Shown piece by piece: positions 36,545-49,073 of a stretch of DNA of 64,000 nucleotides. Location: positions 1 to 64,000 of the forward strand of contig ML996692.1 of the NCBI GenBank assembly GCA_010356995.1, written 5' to 3'. The notes beneath the pieces were generated by a model. That model saw only the letters and a list, made by a program, of their open reading frames with translations, was not told where the DNA came from and did not search any database. The stretch's first letter is position 1, and each line of letters begins with the position of its first letter. The stretch is from Trichodelitschia bisporula. Lineage: Eukaryota. Made by a program: the position numbers and the translations under genes.

Positions 36545-38610
36545 GGGGTTTGATGCGATGTCGTGGGAGCACATTTTTCGGGAATAGATCGGGAGCACTA
36601 AATGGGGTCTTGGGCGATCAGCGCGGAGTTGCGACGCGGGCGGAGTGCACTCCGCCCCTCACATGGGAGCAAGCAACCCTTGCATTAAAAGCATCAATTC
36701 CGTCATCAAAAAGCAGCGAGCTCAAGAGAGCATGCCGCGTTTCGAAACGCGGGGCGCGAGGCTCTTCGCGGTGGTGTTTTGCGTCTGTTCTACAGTACTA
36801 GACTAGAATTCACCCCGTCGCCTCGATGACCAACAACCACACTTCCGTATCCGTTCGTGCGCAACCACACCTGGTGTTTAAACTGTGACGAACCCCCGTT
36901 GCGACCTGCGTTGTCAAAGCCCTCTGCGAGGCACAACAGCGGTCATCGATATTTAAGGGTGTCCACGAAGTTTAGAATGTCCGGCTAAGGATCTGAATAA
37001 AGATGTGATCGCTCAGCGGTCTTTGCTCGCAGCCTTGCCGTCGATGGCGATATGAAACCGGCGCGTGGCTTTCATCGGCGAGCTGTGACCAATGGGCTGG
37101 GTTCAAGGATCAGCCGGGGGATGGGAATCGTCGATGGGACAGATTGTCGAGCAATGGGATTTGCACGGGTTTTCGGCTGTACGCCTCTCGGCCGTTTTCA
37201 TTTATTATGCAGCACGGAAAGCGGGCTGGCGGGTGTTACGCGTACCGTGCAGTGTGTGGCACGGGCGTTTTGGTTCGCCGGGCATTACGGAGTATTCCCC
37301 GGTGTTGCAATCATCGGAGCTCATCGGATGAAGTCGAGATGAAGTCTACGGGGCAAAATTCACGATATCGGGTGGGGTGAATTGCGCAACCTGCGAGATA
37401 GCCCGTGATATCTGGCAGACCGAAAGAGCAGTGATCGGCACAGGCGCCAGGCCTCGACCGGAAACCGCATACCGGCACACCCTTCCCTCTGGGCGTCTGC
37501 CGCAGGCTCAGGCGGGAAAGTCAAGGTGGCGATCGCGGGCCGGGCAGGGCGAGAGCGTGACCTAGGCCGGGGACAGTGAAGGGGGCCGCTGGAGAAGCGA
37601 GTTGAGTGGTCCGTTGGGGAGGCAAAGGACGTGCTAGGAACGCGAACGAAGGTAGTGAGGAATCGGGGGATGCCATCACAGTCTTCAAGAGTACGGTAAC
37701 CGCTCTAGATTTTTTTTACTCCATAGGGGAATATCTTTCTCCTCACTCTTTCACTTCTCTCCTTTTCATTATTCTGGCTGAGAAAACTCGCGAGCGAAAT
37801 GACGCGCCTTCTTTGGGCGTACTCAACACAGGCTCGTACGCCAAGTTTAATATGATCCGGGCGTTACTCAAGCATGTCTACGGTACGCGCGCGATGACGT
37901 AGGCGGCGTCACCCTTTCCCTTTTCCTCCGCTGCCTCGGGTCAAGGAGAGACGTGAGTGGCTGCGGGAAGAAGAAAGGCGGGTTTGCGGTGGGGAATGGT
38001 GGGGGGATAAGGAATCTTTTTGGGAGAGCAGTTGAAAGATGATGCTGACTGATTATTGAACTGGCTCTTATTTTGCGCTTCATGTACCGTATGTCAAGTG
38101 CAGTAGAGGGGAAGACGAGGGAGTAGACACTCAGAGAAGCGCAAGAACGAGCACCCTCCTCCAGTCTAGCCTCAATAATAGCCTCAGCAAGCATCTTGCA
38201 AATCTCGACCACACAGCGTACGTACGGGTATACCTGTCAGGCCGTGTTTACCTGCATTGCACACCCTCAAATGTCGCCCCAATCGATGGCAATAATATGC
38301 GTGACTCCTTGACACACTTCATCTGCTCTCACTGGACAGTCCAGAAAACAACCCCAAAAAGCCATCCAATATATCCTTGCTGGGACCCCGAGATGGCTGT
38401 CCTGAGCCGAAGAGATGCATGATCCGAAAGGGATTTTGGAGTCAATCGCCTCCCGCACAGACTCCAACGGGCACACGAACTCGCCTGCAGAACCCCCTCC
38501 TCCCACCGAAAGCTTTGAGGGCCTAGAGTGCTGAATTCCGAGTGCTTGAAGCCTTGATATTGTACAGGAGCGCCGCTTTTCTCACTGTGTCTGTCTGTAG
38601 CTGCACCTCT

Positions 38611-38638
38611 CCCCCCCCCCCCCCCCCCCCCCCCCCCC
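38611..38638 (+). repeat. Poly-C homopolymer (C28)
   Basis: 28 consecutive C, ~860 bp upstream of NIK1. Confidence 0.9.
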
Positions 38639-39495
38639 ACAAACCCAAGACATCCCTTCCCAGGCTCGCATCCCATCTCCCCGTGCCCCCAATCCTACCA
38701 CCCAAACACAGTCCGAATCTCATCCTCTTCCATCGCCATCTTACACGTTGGCAGCATCCAAGCCCTCCTCCTGAACCCTCCATCATCCCTTCGGCTCTAA
38801 CCCCCTCCCCGCTCCGTCCCTCCCTCATCCCTTGCTCGGCTCAAAAGTCCACCTCTCACCTCCCATTCAACCCTCCCACTTCTTGGTTCGGACACTGTCC
38901 TCGAAACGTCCGCCTCCCGATCCCCTCAATACAACCCTTCAACCCCCTCCCCCCTTCTCCCTGGCCACACCCTACCCGTCTACCGCCTACCGCCTCCCCG
39001 CCCTGCGAACATCTACGCATACCGCTTACCGTATAGCGCCCCTTCAAGCCACGCACTAACCTCCCCGCTAGCTCAACCGCAACCCGCTAGCAACCATACC
39101 AAGGCCCCCCCACCTGTCCGCCTTTTGCTTGGGTCTTCTACGCTTCGTTCTCCGCCTTTAGACCAAAATCGTTGTCACTCCTTCTCTGCTCACCCACCTC
39201 CATCAACCACCATACCTAACCTACACCTTGCCCTGCATTTCGAACTTCCTCGCTACGTATCAGAGTATTCCACATTCCACGGCTCGTGGCGATCATTGAC
39301 GCCTTCCGCCTTGGGAGCTGACGGCCCCACGTCGCCCTACGATTTTGCCTCACATCCGCCTTACTACTGAAGCTGCCTTTTCCTCTCTTACCGTTTTCGC
39401 TATCGTGCAGTTCACGCCTTTCTCCGCTCTTTACACTCTAACTGCGCTCTGGTGCAGATGAGCCCTTGAACACAGACGCTCTACATCCCCACACC

Positions 39496-42400
39496 ATGGC
39501 ATTTGCAGTGCCAGAAGACGAGACTTTTCTCGCCCTTGCCGGCCTGCTGTCGACTATTGCAAAGCCGGGACCGGAGAACCACTACAACGCAAACGGCAAT
39601 GGTAACGGCAACGGAACCACCGACAGTCCTACATTCTGTCTTCCTGGCCCCGACACCGAAGGCAAAAAGGCCCTCCACCGCGAGCTGTCGGCACTAATCC
39701 TACGCACCAACCTTCTCGAGCAAAAGGCTGCTAGCGCTGCACAACTTCCCATCACGCCGAACGAGCCATTCCTCCCGCCTAGCTACCCCTCAGACCTCGC
39801 CCGCGATGCCTTTGCCAACAAGACGGCCGTCGTTCCCCGGCGGACGTCGACGGTGCAGCGCGGAACGCACTGGGTCAACAGCTGGCTCGCCGAGGATGCG
39901 TACAACCACGAAGTGCCGACGACGCAACTCACCGAGGAGCAGCTCGGCTACGTCAAGGACCACGTAAACCAGCAGGCCGAGGAAATCAAGTCACAGCGCG
40001 AGAAGATCGAGACGCTGAGCGCGCTGGTCGACCAGCTCAAGAAGATGCAGGACAACACCTTCAACCACGGCCTCGAGGACATCGGAAACCTGAAGCGCGA
40101 GTTTGCGAAGCATCAGCAAGCTAACCTGGCGTTCCAGAAGGCGCTCCGCGAGATTGGCACTATCATCACGGCCGTGGCGAACGGCGATCTCGGCAAGAAG
40201 GTGCTCATCCACGCAAAAGAGCTAGATCCCGAGATTGCCACGTTTAAGAAGACGACCAACAAAATGATTGACCAGCTGCAAGAATTTGCATCCCAGGTGA
40301 CGCTGCTCGCGAAGGAGGTCGGCACAGAGGGCAGGCTCGGCGGTCAGGCCGTGGTGCCCGATGTGCGCGGTATCTGGGCCGAGCTGACGGACAACGGTAG
40401 CATTCACTCTCCACCATTATCTAACCGTACTGATATCCCTAGTCAACCTCATGGCCGAGAACCTCACGAACCAGGTGCGCGAAATTGCCGAAGTCACGAC
40501 TGCTGTCGCACACGGCGATCTCCGCAAGAAGATCGAGCGTCCCGCCAAGGGCGAGATCCTCGAGCTCCAGCAAACGATCAACACCATGGTGGACCAGCTG
40601 CGTTCGTTCGCCACCGAGGTTACGCGAGTCGCGCGGGATGTCGGCACCGAGGGCGTGTTAGGCGGTCAGGCGCAAATCGACGGCGTGCAGGGCATGTGGA
40701 ACGACCTCACGATCAGTGTGAACGCCATGGCCATGAACCTCACGACACAGGTGCGAGATATAGCCGAAGTGACAACCGCCGTCGCCCGCGGCAACCTGGA
40801 CCGTAAAGTGCAAGCCGACTGCAAGGGCGAGATTCTCGAACTCAAGACAACGATCAACTCCATGGTCGACCGGCTGCAGCAGTTTGCGCATGAAGTCACT
40901 AAAATCGCCCGCGAAGTCGGCACCGAAGGAAAACTTGGCGGGCAGGCAACCGTACACGGTGTAGAGGGCACATGGGCTGACCTCACCGACTCGGTGAACT
41001 GTCTGTCCATGAACCTGACCACGCAGGTGCGCGAGATTGCGATGGTGACAACAGCTGTGGCCAACGGCGACTTGACCAAGAAGGTCCAGGCCGACGTTCA
41101 GGGCGAGATTCTGACGCTAAAGAATACCATCAACACCATGGTGGACCGGCTGAACGCCTTTGCATTTGAAGTCAGCAAGGTCGCGCGTGAGGTCGGTACC
41201 GAAGGTATCCTGGGTGGTCAGGCACACGTTGAGCAGGTAGATGGCAAGTGGAAAGACCTGACGGGTGAGTCTCTTTCCTCTGCTTCGGTCTATTTGCAAA
41301 ACTGACTTTCTAGACAACGTCAACACTATGGCTCAGAACCTCACCACGCAGGTGCGCAGTATATCAGATGTCACGCAAGCAATCGCCCGTGGTGACATGA
41401 GCCGCCGCGTCGAGGTGCACGCACGCGGCGAGATTGCCTTGCTCAAAGACACCATCAACGACATGGTGGCCCGGCTTGACGACTGGTCACTTGCCGTCAA
41501 GCGCGTGGCACGAGAGGTGGGAGTCGAGGGCAAGATGGGCGGCCAGGCGGCGGTAGACGGCATCTCTGGGCGCTGGCGCGAGATCACGGTGTCCGTCAAC
41601 ACGATGGCTCAGAACTTGACAGCCCAGGTACGCGCTTTCGGCGAAATCACGACTATGGCCATGGAAGGCAAATTCACGTCGATCCAAGTCGAAGCGTCCG
41701 GCGAGATGGGCGAACTGAAGGGCAAAATCAATAAGATGATCAGCAACCTGCGTGACAGTATCGAGAAGAACACGCAGGCTCGTGAGGCTGCCGAACTCGC
41801 GAACAAGACGAAGAGCGAATTCCTTGCCAACATGAGTCACGAGATCCGTACACCAATGAACGGCATCATCGGCATGACGCAACTGTCGCTCGACACGGAG
41901 CTGTCCAGCTACCAGCGGGAGATGATGACCATTGTGCACAATCTTGCGAACCAGCTGCTCACCATCATCGACGACATTCTCGACATCTCGAAAATTGAGG
42001 CGAACCGCATGGTCATGGAAGAGATTGCCTTCTCTCTGCGTGGCACCGTATTCAACGCTCTCAAGTCGCTGACGACGCGTGCTAATGACCGCAACCTGAA
42101 CCTGGCGTACCAGGTCGACCAATGGGTGCCGGACTATGTCGTCGGTGACTCGTTCCGCCTTCGCCAGATCATTTTGAACCTGGTCGGCAACGCCATCAAG
42201 TTTACGGAGCATGGCGAGGTCAAGGTGCGCATCGGCATGATCGATGATGCCAAGTGCAGACCAGACGAGTACATGATCAAGCTGTCCGTCTCAGACACGG
42301 GCATCGGCATCAAGGCCGAGAAGCTTAACCTCATTTTCGACACCTTCCAACAGGCGGATGGGTCGATGACGCGGCGTTTCGGCGGCACCGGTCTAGGACT

Positions 42401-43718
42401 GTCCATCTCGCGGCGGCTCGTCAATCTCATGGGCGGCGAGATGTGGGTAGAGTCGGAGTACGGCGTCGGCAGCACCTTCCACTTCACATGTAAAGTGCGG
42501 CGTGCGGATCCGGACCTCAGCGCTATCGTGCCACAACTGGCGCCCTACAAGAGTCGGCCGGTGCTGTTCATTGACCGTGGGCGCACGAACTGCAGCGACG
42601 AGATCGTGTCGCACCTCAAGGCTTTGGACCTGTTGCCTCACGTCATCAAACCTGATGAACCGATCCCGATGCCGGAAGCGGGGCAGCGCCAGGCGTACGA
42701 CTGCATCATCGTTGACTGCAACGAGACGGCGCAACGGCTGCGCGACTACGAAAAGTTCAAGTACACGCCGCTCGTCATGATGACGCCCAACATCACGGTC
42801 AGCTTCAAGAATGCGCTCGAGGACGGCATTTCGAGCTACATGACGACGCCATGCCTCGCCATCGACCTGGGTAACGCCATGATCCCCGCCCTCGAGGGTC
42901 GCGCCGCGCCCGTGGTGTCCAAGAACAGCAAATCGCTGAATATTCTGCTCGTCGAGGACAACGCAGTTAACCAGCGCTTTGCGGTCAAGATCCTCGAGAA
43001 GTACCACCACAAGGTGACGGTTGCTAACAACGGTCTTGAAGCACTTGAGGCGATCAAGCAGCGCCGATTTGATGTCATTCTTATGGACGTGCAGATGCCC
43101 GTTATGGGTGGGTTCGAGGCCACTGGCAAGATCCGCGAATGGGAACGCGAGAACGGACTGCCGCGGTCGCCAGTCATCGCTCTGACGGCGCACGCGATGG
43201 TGGGAGACCGTGAGAAGTGTCTGCGGGCACAGATGGACGTGAGTTTCATCCCCTTCGTCTTTCACCTTCATATTTTTTTATCAACCACTAACACGTCCCA
43301 CAGGAATACCTCTCCAAGCCCCTCAAGCAGAATCAACTTATCCAAACCATCCTCAAATGCGCCACGCTGGGCGGCGCGCTCCTTGAGCAACAGCAGTATG
43401 AGGGTCGGGCTTCGAGTACCGAAACTGCTGACGCGCCGCTAGGGCCTAACCTAGTGGCTGGGAGCACCAGCAGCGGGGGCGGCGGGTCGGCATTGGGGTC
43501 GGATGGGGGTAGCCTCGGGGCGGACGGGTCGGGAGCGGATTCACCACACCGGCCGTCGCTCGAGATGCGCGCGCAGACGGAGATGACGCGCGCGGACTCT
43601 CCCTCTTTCCTCACTGCTGATCAGACGGATCCTATGAAGGTCAGTGTGACGATTTTGATGTCCAGGCTTGTCGGATGCTGACGGGCCGTAGTTGTTGCTT
43701 AGAGCGCATAGTGGTTAG
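39496..43718 (+). CDS. NIK1: Group III two-component hybrid histidine kinase (poly-HAMP, HisKA, HATPase, receiver)
   Basis: Six HAMP repeats ([20 protein letters not shown]), [46 protein letters not shown] receiver; 4 introns; ends LLLRAHSG*. Confidence 0.97.
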
Positions 43719-46591
43719 ATGCGGATATACCCAGTTCATGCTTGCTTTGCCTTGGTCTCGGGGGTTGGCGGTGTGGTTGGCGCCTGGATGCTTTTTGCAC
43801 GGGTACCTGGACGGCTGTGGGGTGGCCAGATAGGTGTCGCTTCTTACTATTCCTGTTTGAGCATTTTATTGCCATACTGCGACATTGAACTGGGTATGGG
43901 TCATTGCGAGGTTGGGAAGGGAAGAATCTGAAGTCTGGCACAGAAGCGGATGTGCGGTTTTGTTGGGTTGCATTTGTCTGTCTCCTTGTCATTGAGAACG
44001 GGGCGTTTTTGGCTTGGCTTTGCCCGACTGCCGACGTTTGGCTTGTTCTTGCTGGACGCGGTGTACATGAGGGGTTGGCGCTGTGGATGTGGCATGGGAT
44101 GAGAGCAAACGGCCGCTTGGGTGGGAATGGCAGCATGTCAAATGAAACAAGGTTGGGGACTGGGTCGAGTCATCTGTTGAGACGAATGGGGTGCCTGTAT
44201 GTAGGTACTTTGCACTGGCCAGACTGGGGAGGTATGTCTTTTCCTGCCTTGATGCGTGCCGGCGCATTCTGCTTCGGCTTTTTTGGTGCCTTGGGTAGGA
44301 TTGTGAGTTACGATGCTTTTTCAACCTCATTGTGTTCTGTGTTGTTGCTGTATTGCTTAAAAAAGATCAACCACGCTGTTCTTATCTGTAACCCTACTTC
44401 CGCCTCATACTTCTAGGTATTGAGCCTTGGGGAAGTTCATTTTGGAGTCTGGTATTTGACGCGTCTCGAATGTTAATCGCCTTAGTATTTCTTATGTAGG
44501 GTAGCCGCTGATTAAACTCAGAAGTGAAGCCAAACAAACAAAAATCAAGCAAAAAACATACAGCAATTGGGATTCGCTGCTGGTCACCCACGCAACTACT
44601 AGTCAATCAGTCCGCAGGTTAACTTCAGTGAGCAGACGGGGACTGGTGCTTTCTGCGGCCTGTGGCCGTATGTGCTGGTTTGGCGTGAGGGCGCAATGAT
44701 GATCGGAAGAGGAGCCTGTGATGATGGAATGGGGTGATCATAGGGTGGGAGAGAGCGTGTGAGGCACGTTGTCAATGTTTCAAGGGCCATCATAGAACTC
44801 GTTCGATGTCCGATGCTGAATATCTATGTTGTCATCCGTAATTTCCTAAAAGGGAAGGCAAGGCTGAGTCGTTCCTCCTCGAAAACTCACCCCCGCCGCC
44901 GGAAAATTATTAATCCCCGCACTGTGACTCGCCAGACTGCATTTATGTCCCCGCGGCGCTCTCTCGAACACCAACTCCACACATCACTCGTCCTCATTTT
45001 TATATACTCCTACAAAATGCAAACATTCAGCAACGACCGTGCTCCGCTCGCGGCTCTGTCTTTATATATCGCTTCTCCACGAAGCCATACGTCCCACTCT
45101 CCGGCGGCGGACGTTCCTCTACCGCGTCAAGCTCCTCAGAGTGGCCTGTCGACGCCTAGCTGTCGTACAGCTGTCTTCGTGCGTGGCCGCAGCTCTCAGC
45201 TGAGCGGAGTCTTCTGGACGAGCTTTACGATGAGCTCTAGGCTGAGGTCAAGGGCCTAGCGCTTCTGGGCTTCATTTTCCATCATTCAACTACTGTTTGA
45301 TATACTCCGTCATGGTCGGTGCTTGCGTATTCTCCTTGACTTTGCTGACTTTCGCAGCCTTATGATATGGCAATCGGTCGAGGATCTCAAGAACCAAGCA
45401 AACATCGTCACCACCACTATATTCGCTAGACGCGAGCGGATGGCGGGGACTATATACGCCAGTCCTGAGGCTCGCCACCAAGCTGAGCGGGGTCTCCGGA
45501 GGAGAAAGCAGGCGGAGACTGAGGGCTCGAGTGAGACGCCTGTAAAGGCAGAGAGCCAGGATCTTATACAAGTTTCTGCAGTCCATATTCGGTCAGTATA
45601 ACCGGTATACCCATGTTATAAAGCTAACCAGATCAGCAGGTATGGACTCTAGCCTTGTGGGCGGTCTCCGAGCCGCGCGAGTAGCAGCCTACACAACATT
45701 ATCGTTCGTCAAACGAGCTTTGACGTCGATATATAAGAACCTAAATACAACTATTGCAGGCATCCCCACTGAGTACGTATACTTATCTCCATCCGTCATG
45801 GTGCTGATTAATTTGCTAGGTTCCTGGATGAGTCTGTTCCTCACCTCGACGCGACCACTTCCTACTGTCAATTCAATCGCCCCCCAACCGTCTGCAAACA
45901 TATCCAGAATGCATCTGCTCATTACTGTCGCCGTGATCGTTCCAGCCGTAGTCGCTTGAAAACTCAGCGAGTCTTGTCAATCGGATCTGGCCCGTGGATT
46001 GCCAATTCTATATACGGCTCGAGGCTGCCGTCACCCATTCCCCCGTAGCTCCGTCTTGCATCATCGCTACCGCAAAATATTCACCTGACCGCGCAAAAAG
46101 CAGGCCTACATCACACTGACGGCCGGTTTTCTTCCTCATGTTTCCGTGGAGGCCGAAGCTGACAAGCTTCTTCACGTTCTCAATCTGGCGGCACACACGC
46201 TCATCGCCCCTGCCTGGGGTCATCGGACATCGGGGCGAGCGTTCGGAAACTTGCCCATCGGACTGTCTACCAATACTTTCATATTAACGACATAGTCCCT
46301 GGCTTTCTTGTACGCGATGCCTACTTCACATGGGAGGTATGGCCGCCAGTGGATGAGGCGGCTCACTTGTTCTGGGCCGGGTATCATGGGGAGACTGTTT
46401 GCGGTCGGCAGTGATGCGATTGATGCAGGAGCTAGGTGCGGGTCCGCGATCTCTCTGCGATACGTTCGACTGCGGCAGCGAAGCTGACTGCGACCCTGGT
46501 TCCGAATGCTCCAGCCCCAGCCACGAAGGCGAGCAAGACTACGGCAGCGAAGCCGGCTCTGGCCCAGGCTCCGAAGGATCCGGGCCCCAGC

Positions 46592-46675
46592 TGGGGCCTC
46601 GTCAATGTGTACGGTACCTTCGCCTCGTTTTACGTGCAGCAGCTTCTCCCCGGCCGCGATGTGCTGCTTCTCAAC
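46592..46675 (+). pseudogene. Isolated fragment of an MFS monocarboxylate-porter-type gene
   Basis: WGLVNVYGTFASFYVQQLLPGRDVLLLN resembles the TM1-loop motif WG..N.(F/Y)G.F..YY...LL; flanks do not continue as an MFS. Confidence 0.55.
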
Positions 46676-47187
46676 CAGCCGTCTCACCAACCCTACCTTG
46701 TCCGTTTTATCTCTCCGCCAATATCCGACCACCCATCGGTTCCTCCACCGCCCTCAAGATGCCAACTCTGAGCAACATTGTCTGTATAAACGCCGCGGAG
46801 CGTCAGACCTATAAACAGAATACGAACACCACCATCCCAGGAGTATAACGACTTCCAGGAACCGCCAGCTCACCGACCTCTGACCGTGAGCGCGACAAAA
46901 GGAACTCCATGTCATGGTCCTGTCCATACATGGTGTGATGCCTCAGGCCATGATGTGGTCTGGGTGGCAGCACAGTACCGAGGTGACGTATGGGGACTAG
47001 TGCAGTTATGTGACTGGCGCCAAGCCCCCACTGTGGTTATGCTTTTGCACACCCATCCCTGTAGATTACTTCTCCGACTCTTTATCATTGCCTCGAAGCA
47101 ATCTATGGGTTTTGCACCGCTCTTCGTTGGCACCGTGACACTCCACCATTGCATACTCGGGCGACAGTAAATCGTGGACGAGTCAAT

Positions 47188-47260
47188 ATGACTGATTTTG
47201 AACGACATTGCGATGACTGATCGGAACGATATAGCGATGACTGATCAGGACGACATTGCG
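47188..47260 (+). repeat. 24-bp tandem repeat, ~3 copies (MTD-x-NDIA)
   Basis: atgactgat..aacgacattgcg / atgactgatcggaacgatatagcg / atgactgatcaggacgacattgcg. Confidence 0.85.
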
Positions 47261-47548
47261 GGTCTATGGGACACGGTTGTAAAGAATTTCCGCGATACAA
47301 CAGGCGTAGACCTCTCCGACGAATCCATCCGCCGATTCAGCACTGCGGACGACGACTTAAAGGAGACGGTGGAGAATGAGAGCAAGTTCAAAAAGTGGCG
47401 CCATAGCAACCAAAAGATTCCCAAGTTCAGTTCAGTGCTCAAGGAGTGCCATGAGAACATTGGGAAGCGATGCCTCCACGAATGGTACTTCGAAAAGCAG
47501 TGGGATGCGTACGCCGCCACCCCCGGAACTGCGCTCCGGTATATGTGA
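47188..47548 (+). pseudogene. Truncated fungal STAND/NLR N-terminal Goodbye-like domain
   Basis: DIAGLWDTVVKNFRDTTGVDL..RFSTADDDLKETVENESKFKKWRH..KFSSVLKEC..I fits the Goodbye pattern; stop at 47546-47548; no NACHT P-loop downstream. Confidence 0.6.
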
Positions 47549-47770
47549 CATCACCAACCTCATTGAGCCTGGAACGGTACGACACTGTATAGCCGCCAAT
47601 CCCGAGGTCCCTGAAGTGTGCAAGAAGGTCATGCACGAGTATGTACATAGTCAGGGTGAATGCCTCTGTCGGCTCAGTCAGTAGAAATATAGGTAGACTC
47701 TGGATATCCAATTATTCAATGACCCTCATGCTATGCTCGCCACTTCCTTCCCCTCCCCCCCCAAGCACCC

Positions 47771-48700
47771 CTAATCAATCCCAACCTTATCACTAAACCG
47801 ATTCTCCAGCACCCAACCCCTCTCCTCCTCCCTCTTCCTACAAACATGCACATTCCCCCACCCATCCGTCATTCCCTTGACGGACTCACTCCTCCCCTCC
47901 AGTGCCGCATCCCCCGCACAAAGCGCACTCTGCCTCAGATAGTCATAGCAATGCGTGACATGCCTCGCCGCGTCCCCGCCCTCTGTAACCCCAAACTTCA
48001 AGCTCCCATGATGCTTAAGCAACATAAACACACAATGCACCTGGTGCAAATATGCAATGCTGTACCCGTCCCCTTTTCCTCCAACCATATGGTAAGGCCG
48101 GGGCAGGCCGGACGCCGTGCCGTTGGGATGAGTGATGAAGCCCCGGCCGAGGGGCATACTCGCGCGCCACGTCGCCGCCACCTTATCAAACTCCGCCCTC
48201 GAACTGAACATATCCTCGTGCGCATACGCCGCGTCCGGCAAGAACGTCACACGTTCAGTAGCAACTAGATCATTAGCACCACACCCCCATCGGTGTGGAA
48301 ACTTACAGTCCGGTACGAAGCCGCTGATGTCGCCCATCAATCCCATCTCCTTCACCTCCCCCTTCGCCATTGCCTCCTCCGCCATTTTTCCCATGTCTCT
48401 CACGTACACGCATTCACGCCCGCTCCACCGGCATGGACTGGCCAGCACAACCAAGACTAGCACGAAAAGCAACGCATTCCCCGCGAGACTGAGGACCAGG
48501 ATTCGCCGGTCCCGTTTCCCAGTCCTGGACGACGGCGGATGGGGGGCTAGGTCGAGGGACTCGGTGTCTGCGTCCTTGAAGTCGAGGGAGGCGCGCCGGA
48601 GGAGGGATGGGAAGGCGCTTGCCCGTGGTGTGGAGGATGTAGATGAGGGTGCGTAGGGCGAAGCGTCTACCTCCGTGAGGTCGTGGTATGGAGTCGCCAT
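47771..48700 (-). CDS. DUF3328/UstYa-family oxidase, N-terminal membrane anchor
   Basis: Single TM helix, W...MPLGRGF, twin HxxHC motifs (HQVHC, HVTHC), YDYLRQSALCAGDAALEG, GWGNVHVCR; one 42-nt intron. Confidence 0.93.
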   Translation of the reverse strand: MATPYHDLTEVDASPYAPSSTSSTPRASAFPSLLRRASLDFKDADTESLDLAPHPPSSRTGKRDRRILVLSLAGNALLFVLVLVVLASPCRWSGRECVYVRDMGKMAEEAMAKGEVKEMGLMGDISGFVPDCKFPHRWGCGANDLVATERVTFLPDAAYAHEDMFSSRAEFDKVAATWRASMPLGRGFITHPNGTASGLPRPYHMVGGKGDGYSIAYLHQVHCVFMLLKHHGSLKFGVTEGGDAARHVTHCYDYLRQSALCAGDAALEGRSESVKGMTDGWGNVHVCRKREEERGWVLENRFSDKVGID

Positions 48701-49073
48701 GGCCGCTGTTCCTGCTCAAGATGTCGAATTTGAGCAGAGGCAGCAGTGAAGGCAAGGACAGCTGAAGTACGAGAAGCCCGCGTGGCGAATAAATCACTCC
48801 ACCCCATTTCGTGGGGTATCCCAGCGCCGCACCGCCGGCGTTTGGTGTATATGAAGTCTCGAACCCGGGGACATAACGTATAGGAGCATCACGTGATACC
48901 AGCCTTGCCTCGACGAAACGTGAAGAACCGGACTGCTTCCGTCTAGCCTACGGTACAGTACTTCGATAATACGCGTTTCGCTTCTCATGCCTCAGCATGA
49001 GTTAACAGATCTCCCAGCCTGATGCCAACCGCGACTAACAACAGCATCTTCGCACCCACAACCACCACAACCC

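Noticed and set aside
46210..46240. PGVIGHRG resembling the glycerophosphodiesterase HRG motif
   Set aside because: No downstream ENT/E-x-D motifs; treated as chance.
47188..47260. NDIAMTD repeat as the RiPP precursor for the neighbouring DUF3328
   Set aside because: No signal peptide, no KR/RR Kex2 sites, no aromatic core residue; better explained as duplication of the start of a Goodbye-domain gene.
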